Positions 58,304-64,000 of a DNA stretch of 64,000 bases are shown piece after piece. How positions within the stretch are numbered: position 1 is the first letter of the stretch; each line of letters begins with the position of its first letter. The stretch comes from Emiliania huxleyi CCMP1516 (lineage: Eukaryota), in contig NW_005202303.1 of the NCBI RefSeq assembly GCF_000372725.1, forward strand, positions 1 to 64,000, written 5' to 3'. The notes beneath the pieces are model-generated. The model was not told the origin of the DNA, searched no databases, and saw only the letters and a program-made list of their open reading frames with translations. Position numbers and translations under genes: made by a program.

Positions 58304-59014
58304 ATGCCTATTGTTTGCGTTGATCGGGGTGGGGTGCGCCCCACGCCCACAGGCCCACGCCCTACCCCTTCTGAGCGGGCCGCACTCTCGCGGCGGCTAC
58401 AAGGAGTGACCCAGGTTGTTACGGACGGCGCGCGAAAGTATAATTGCAAAAAAACAACGGGGACGCACAACTGGAAAGTGAGGGGCGAAGAGGAGTCAGG
58501 CGGAGCGGTACACAATCAAACCTACCGTGCTGGATGCGCCTCCCGCCACTCTCGGATCATCCGGCGCAGGATGTGGCTCGCGGGAAGAGACAGATAAAGC
58601 TAAGGTAAGGTAAACTTCTCCAGACACACGAGGTGGTGGAAGAGACAGATGTGCTCGCGCAGTGAAAACGAGTGCGGTGTGTCTAGTTGGCGTGGGTAAT
58701 CTTGGTGTTGGTGATGACTTGAGTTCCCATGCGTCTCCTCTTACACGCGTTTATTTTGACCGGTCATGTGAGACCGGTATACGCCTGTCCGAAAGCGAAA
58801 ACCGAATCCCAGATCCCACACCGCAAAAAGAGAGTAAAAGAGAATTTTTGACTGAGCCACGATTTGGCATGGCGCAGGACTCGACCAGACGCTGCTATCC
58901 GCGTGCGTCCAACTTTGTTGTGTGTCGCTGCGTCCGTCCGTGGGCAGCGTGGCCAGCGTGTGCTCGCGTGTGCGCCCCCCACCAAACGTCACCCTCTGGA
59001 CGCCTGCGTACATC

Positions 59015-61046
59015 CTAGAGCCGCAAGTTCTGCGGCCGCAAGCGCAGCTGCTTCCCGCCGTCCAGCAGCGCGAGGTAGCGGCCGCTCGACTCCTCAAACT
59101 CGAGCACCCGCGCGACGAGCCCGTTGTACTGCGCGGCGCCCTGCAGCCCGTCGACGATGCCGTGGGCGCCGTCCGCAAGCCGCACGTTGGCGTACCCCAC
59201 CGGCAGGCTCTGCCCGCTCGCCAGCTCGACGCCGTACATCTCCGCCTCTGCGTTCCGCTCGAAGATGGTCCCAGTGGCGCCCTCGTGCTCTGCCATCGAC
59301 GCCGCGAGGCCGACGAGCCTCACCTGGAAGAAGAAACCAGGATCGATCTGTGTTTCTTGTCTACAGGCCTCCCATCTCGAGATCCCCCGAGATCCCCCGA
59401 GACTCCCCGAGATCCCCCGAGACTCCCCGAGATTCCCCGAGATTCCCCGAGATTCCCCGAGATGGCCCGAGATGGCCGACGAGCCTCACCTCGGCCATCT
59501 GAAGCAAGTTGGCGAGCTTGAGCGCGAGCGCGCCGCCCTCGCGCAGCTTGACCGTGTACCGCCCGCTCCCCTCGTCCACCCCCTCCACCACACCCACCGC
59601 GCCATTCTTCTCCGGCTTGCTCACCAGCCCGACCAGCTTGACGTACGTGTGGCGCGGCAGCCGCACCCGCGCCGCCGCCGCCGCCGCCTCCGCCGCCGCC
59701 GCCTCGCCCGCCGCCAGCGCCTCGGCCGCCGCCTCCGCCGCCACCCGCTCCTTCTCCGCCTCGGCCGCCGCCGCCACCGCCGCCGCCTCCCGCTCCTGCT
59801 CCGCGCGCCGCTCCGCGACGACGGCGCCGAGCCGGACAGAGCGCTCGATGTCGACGTCGTCCGGCATCACGCGCTTGCGGTGCCCGTCGTAGAGGCTCGC
59901 CTCTAGCTGGCGCTCGTCGTAGTAGCGCCCGCTCATGCTGTCGACGCACGCTGCCGCCGCCGAGGAGGCCTCGAAGCGCAGGACGACCGGGCACGCGGCG
60001 TCGGCGGCGAAGCACTGCACGCGCTCGATGCGGCCGTGGCGCGCGCACTCGAGCCACGCCTCTTCTTCGATCCCTCGGATCATCTCTTTCGCGTCGGTCG
60101 ACGTGGAGAGCTGCTCCTGCGTGACCATGCCGCAGTAGGGTTAGGGTTAGGGTTAGGGTTAGGGTTAGGGTTAGGGTTAGGTTAGGGTTAGGGTTAGCTG
60201 CTCCTGCGTGAACATGCCGCAGACGACGGCGATCCGGCCCCAGTCCGACTCGGCCACCTTCGGCTTGTCGTCGAACGTGGCCGGCGCGACCGAGAGGTGC
60301 TCGCCGAAGAGCGCCCACTCGCGGCCCGGCTCGAGGGCCGCCTATTCACAGCTGCACTATCCATAGCTGCACTGTTCACAACCCCACCCGCGGCCCGGCT
60401 CGAGGGCCGCCTTGACCGCCCCGCCCGAGGCAAACGTCACGATGCCGTCGCCCTTGTTCTCGCCGCGGCCGTCCTTGTACAGCTTGACGCGCTTCACCTC
60501 GCCCGCCTTTGGAAGGGGAGGCGGGAGGCGGCGGGTGCGAGGCGTGACGGGCGAGGAGGAGAGGCGAGATGCGCGCAGCGGAGGCGAGGGAGGGAGCGGC
60601 ACGCGCAGGCGGGCGATGCCGGCGAGCTCTCGCGCCTTGGAGAAGAGGTTTTGCACCGCCGTGTGCGACACCTCGGTCGGGATGCCGCACACGTACACCG
60701 ACCAGTTGGCCGCGTTGGCCGCCTGATTCGCCGCCTTCTCCTTACGCTTCTCCGTCTTACGCGCCAGCTTGCGCGCCCGCGCCGCCTCCGCCTCGGACGG
60801 GCCGACCTCCGACTTTTGCGCGTCGAAAACCTGCAGGTAGAGGAGCCTTCTCGGTCAGAGCGCGCTCGCGGTTGGTGGTCGCGACCGCCGCTCGCACACC
60901 GAGTCCCAAGCCGACTCGACATCATCGTGCGCCTCGCCGTGCACTGACGCTTCGTGCAAGCTGCGCTTGCGCGCGGCGTCGAGCCGCGCCTGCTCGCGGG
61001 CCATCGCCGCCTGGTACGCACTCGGGCCGCCATCGGAGCGCGACAT
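59015..61046 (-). CDS. Tat-SF1/CUS2-like splicing factor (RRM + UHM) with C-terminal SH3-like repeats
   Basis: YVCGIP..LFSKAGEVKRVKLYKD..KGDGIVTF; ECARHGRIERV..VVLRF..MSGRYYDERQL; repeated VxLxGLxxxxxxNG..GRYxVxL..LxLxxxNL. Confidence 0.75.
60136..60197. repeat. Interstitial telomeric (TTAGGG)~10 array forming an intron interior
   Basis: Directly visible. Confidence 0.95.
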
Positions 61047-61643
61047 CACAAACAGAAGCGAGCGACCGTGGGATGAACCCCTGCGGGCCCTTGCGCGCCC
61101 GTACTAACAAAAGAAATCTTGGCTCACGCCTTCGACCACTCAGCGGGGCATGGCTGGGCATGCAGGTCCGCCAGTCGGCCCGGCCTCTGACGTGGTGCTG
61201 CCGCTGCATTCGCTGAAGAAGAGAGGTGCGACTTGATTGGAGGCACTGGAGGAGGCGAGGGTGGGGAAGGGAAGGTTGGGCCGGGCCGTGAGGGGCTGAT
61301 GGCGCTGGCCAGCGCGGGGTGTGAGATGTCGTCGTCGTCGTATACTGCTGGCCCTCGAGTTGCCCAGGGCTGTGGGCTGCAGAATTGGCGTCTGTGGCGT
61401 CTACGCAGGCTCTGCAGCGTTAACTGGGCACGAGCCAGGAACAGGCTGGCCAGGCCGCAGGTGGCTGTGTGGGTGTGAATCCCGGGATTAGTCAATGGTA
61501 CCGCGTCGCCTTGCGGGCAGAGCCCTGAGCCACCCTTTGTCTTGCGCGGTCAAAAACGACGAAGTGCGCGCCCACTACTAACAAGAAATCGAATAAAAAC
61601 CTTCGGCGCCAAACGCCTTCGCCTTCGACCACTCAGCGGGACC

Positions 61644-64000
<2,357 letters not shown>

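Noticed and set aside
60136..60197. True chromosome end
   Set aside because: Short array inside a gene, with coding exons continuing on both sides

Overview
GC-rich, intron-rich eukaryotic genomic DNA. It is most likely a haptophyte such as Emiliania/Gephyrocapsa huxleyi, inferred from GC-AG introns, intronic 10-11-bp tandem repeats, an EukCatB-type channel and TTAGGG repeats. About 22 protein genes or fragments can be recognised: COQ4 3' end, organellar RF1, macrodomain protein, SURF4, CCCH zinc finger, betaine-aldehyde-dehydrogenase-like ALDH, AsmA-like protein, SOUL, esterase fragment, potato inhibitor I fusion, DUF2470, cytochrome b5 front-end desaturase, FkbM methyltransferase, Brinker-like HTH, purple acid phosphatase, MRH-like protein, beta-helix protein, secreted GBP-like GTPase, EukCatB channel, Tat-SF1-like protein and a PARP 5' part. 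Two patterns stand out. First, at least four sequence families of introns recur in unrelated genes, many bracketed by 10-30-bp duplications of exon sequence that supply the donor site (introner-like intron gain). Second, a repeat family brackets different cargo with the same two ends, including an intronless bacterial-type AsmA gene, next to a duplicated, highly structured ~225-nt element. All calls are by eye from motifs; no database searches were run and exon boundaries are approximate.
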